Shown piece by piece: positions 61,983 through 64,000 of a stretch of DNA of 64,000 nt. Both the position numbers and the translations under genes were made by a program. The DNA lies in assembly GCA_977017645.1 (NCBI GenBank), contig OZ360235.1, forward strand, positions 48,050,001 through 48,114,000, given 5' to 3'. Within the stretch, counting starts at the first letter, position 1. Each line of letters begins with the position of its first letter. A model generated the notes under the pieces. That model did no database searches. It was not told where the DNA came from and worked only from the letters and a program-made list of their open reading frames with translations. This stretch comes from Torpedo marmorata (Eukaryota).

Positions 61983-63371
61983 CCGTATATTTCGGCGTAT
62001 AAGTCGACCGGCAGATTAGTCGACCCCCCTTTTTCAGCCTCATTTTAATGGTTTTATTGTATATCCGGCGTATAAGTCGATCCCCAAAAATTGCGATGCC
62101 TGAGATGTTGCTCATTGACTGGCGTATAAGTCGACCCCGAAAAATCGCGATGATTGCGCTACTGGGCGTTGACCGACGTATAGGTCGACCCACAACAATC
62201 GCGCTGATTGAGCTGCTGGGTGTTGGCTGGAGGTGATTGTTATCATGGAGGCTCAATTGAAACGACGAAAGTATGAGGCGAGTTTTAAATTAAAAGTGAT
62301 AGAAATGGCCAAGAAAACCAACAACTGTGCTGCTGCAAGAAAATTTGATATATACGAGAAGTTGGTAAGAGATTGGAGGAAGAAAGAAGATACTTTAAGA
62401 AAAATACCAAAAAGGCAATGTTCGATGAGAAGAGGAATCACTCGTTGGCCAGAGTTGGAAAATCATGTCGCAGCATGGGTACGTGAACAGAGGCAAGATT
62501 GCTACATTGTCACCCGAAATAAAATAAGAACATTTACACTGAAGTGGGCAAAGTCGCACCCAGAACTCAGTAATGATTTTGAAGCTACAGTAGGCTGGTG
62601 CAACCGTTTCATGAACAGGAAAAATCTGGTTTTACGACAAAAAACAAAAATTGCTCAGAAACTACCAAAAGATCTTGATCATAAATTTGTAAGTTTTCAC
62701 CAGTTTATTTTACGTAACCGGCAGAAACACAAGTTTGCATTGGCAAATATTGGAAACATGGACGAAACCCCCATGAATTTTGACATGATAGGCAATAGAA
62801 CAGTGGAATGGAAAGGTGAGAAAACTGTGCAAACCAGGAGTAAAGGACATGAAAGGACCAGGTTTACCGTGGTGTTATCGTGCATGAGACTGTAATAAAA
62901 TCGTTTAAAAAGTGCGGTATCTCTTGTGCAATTGATGGTACACTTGTGGGACACTGACGACGAAGCTGAAGCCGCCTCATCAGATACAGACTGGGACCCG
63001 TACGATGACTGTTTAAACAGTGAGACCCCGGATGTGCTTGCCGAGATCTTTGCCTCAGACGATGATAGCAAAAGTGATTTTGAAGGGTTCTAAATGTCTT
63101 GTTGTTTTCAATAAAAATGTCAATGAAAATTTGTTGCAGTCGGGTTTTTTTTTGGTTTTTCAAGGGTCGACTTATACGCCAAATCGTGTTTTCAAGGGTC
63201 GACATACGCCGTATCGTGTTTTCAAGGGTCGACTTATACGCCGAATCGGCGTGGACTGGTTTTTGAGCTGATTTTAAGGTCTCAAAAGTATATCCGATGT
63301 ATAAGTCGACCCCCATTTTTTGAGAGATTTTTGAGGGTTTCAAGACTCGACTTATACGCCGAAATATACGG
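61983..63371 (+). mobile_element. Internally deleted pogo (POGK/Passer-like) transposon; transposase remnant from ATG 62245
   Basis: Same TIRs and TA TSDs; RRKYEASFKLKVI (Brinker-like DBD), CENP-B-type HTH, NMDETP (first catalytic D), then a jump to IKSFKKCGIS...DFEGF*. Confidence 0.92.
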
Positions 63372-64000
63372 TAAATATATAATTTCTTAACAATTAACCC
63401 CACTATAAACGTCCATAATCACTATTCTTATCTAAAGAGTGTGTGTGTGTATAAAGCCCAAGCCATTACAGTCTGTGCCCAACCCTCATGTAAATATGGA
63501 AAACCTTCCCCAAAACCCACAGGTCAGTCATAAAAATAAGTCAGTCCCAAAAATACAGTCGACAAAAATTCACTCTCTATGTTCAGGGTCCAAATGAACA
63601 TTGGAGAGAGAGAAACAATGACTGTTCAAGCTTACGAATGCTTGACCTGCTTTTCTTCTCTGATGACTTTCCCTTTTGGTAGATACACGAGGATTGCGAC
63701 TCCAAATCAGTTTTAGATTGAGGCGTGTACTTGGATCTCACAGCCTGTCTCGCTGATCTCACGCCTGTTCTTCACAAAAGTTGTTTTAACTCAGGATTTT
63801 GCTGATACAGGAGGCCATGTGCTATTCTCCCAGCCTTTTCCCCAGGGATGCACAAGCCTGGATTTTGCTGTGTTCTCCAGCCTTTGCAACTCCAAACAAC
63901 AACTGAATCTGAATGCATTTTTGCAGAGGTTTGCACCTGCTTTTGCAAAAGTGCAACAAAGTATCTTTTCCACAGCCTGTCTCTCTCTGGTGTCTCTCTC

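Noticed and set aside
46600-64000. PWP1, expected downstream of PRDM4 from human synteny
   Set aside because: No exon matching recalled PWP1 peptides was seen; the only recognisable host exon is NDUFB2.

Overview
Vertebrate genomic DNA. The repeats (CR1, L2, Rex1/Babar and L1-like LINEs, Penelope, tRNA-derived V-SINEs) suggest a cartilaginous fish, probably a ray; this is inferred from repeat style only. Three host genes are supported: (1) intronless ASCL4 on the minus strand (15053-15616); (2) PRDM4 on the plus strand, with a CpG-island promoter near 27.3 kb and ten phase-consistent coding exons (30702-44971, 779 aa, PR/SET domain plus zinc fingers); (3) the 3' end of NDUFB2 on the minus strand (last coding exon 58559-58657 and a separate 3'UTR exon ending near 54220), which the ORF track missed. 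The rest is mostly transposable-element debris: a Rex1/Babar LINE split by six later insertions, a Buster-type hAT element, Chapaev3, Harbinger-like and pogo elements, and a gag-only class III (ERV-L-like) LTR element. The best leads are the MaLR-like retroelement, hammerhead-ribozyme cores in the Penelope tails, a 5S-derived SINE with a Rex1-type tail, a duplicated structured element in two PRDM4 introns, and a templated inverted duplication at a CR1 5' junction. I found nothing I can call a new biological system. Comparisons with known proteins are from memory, not database searches.
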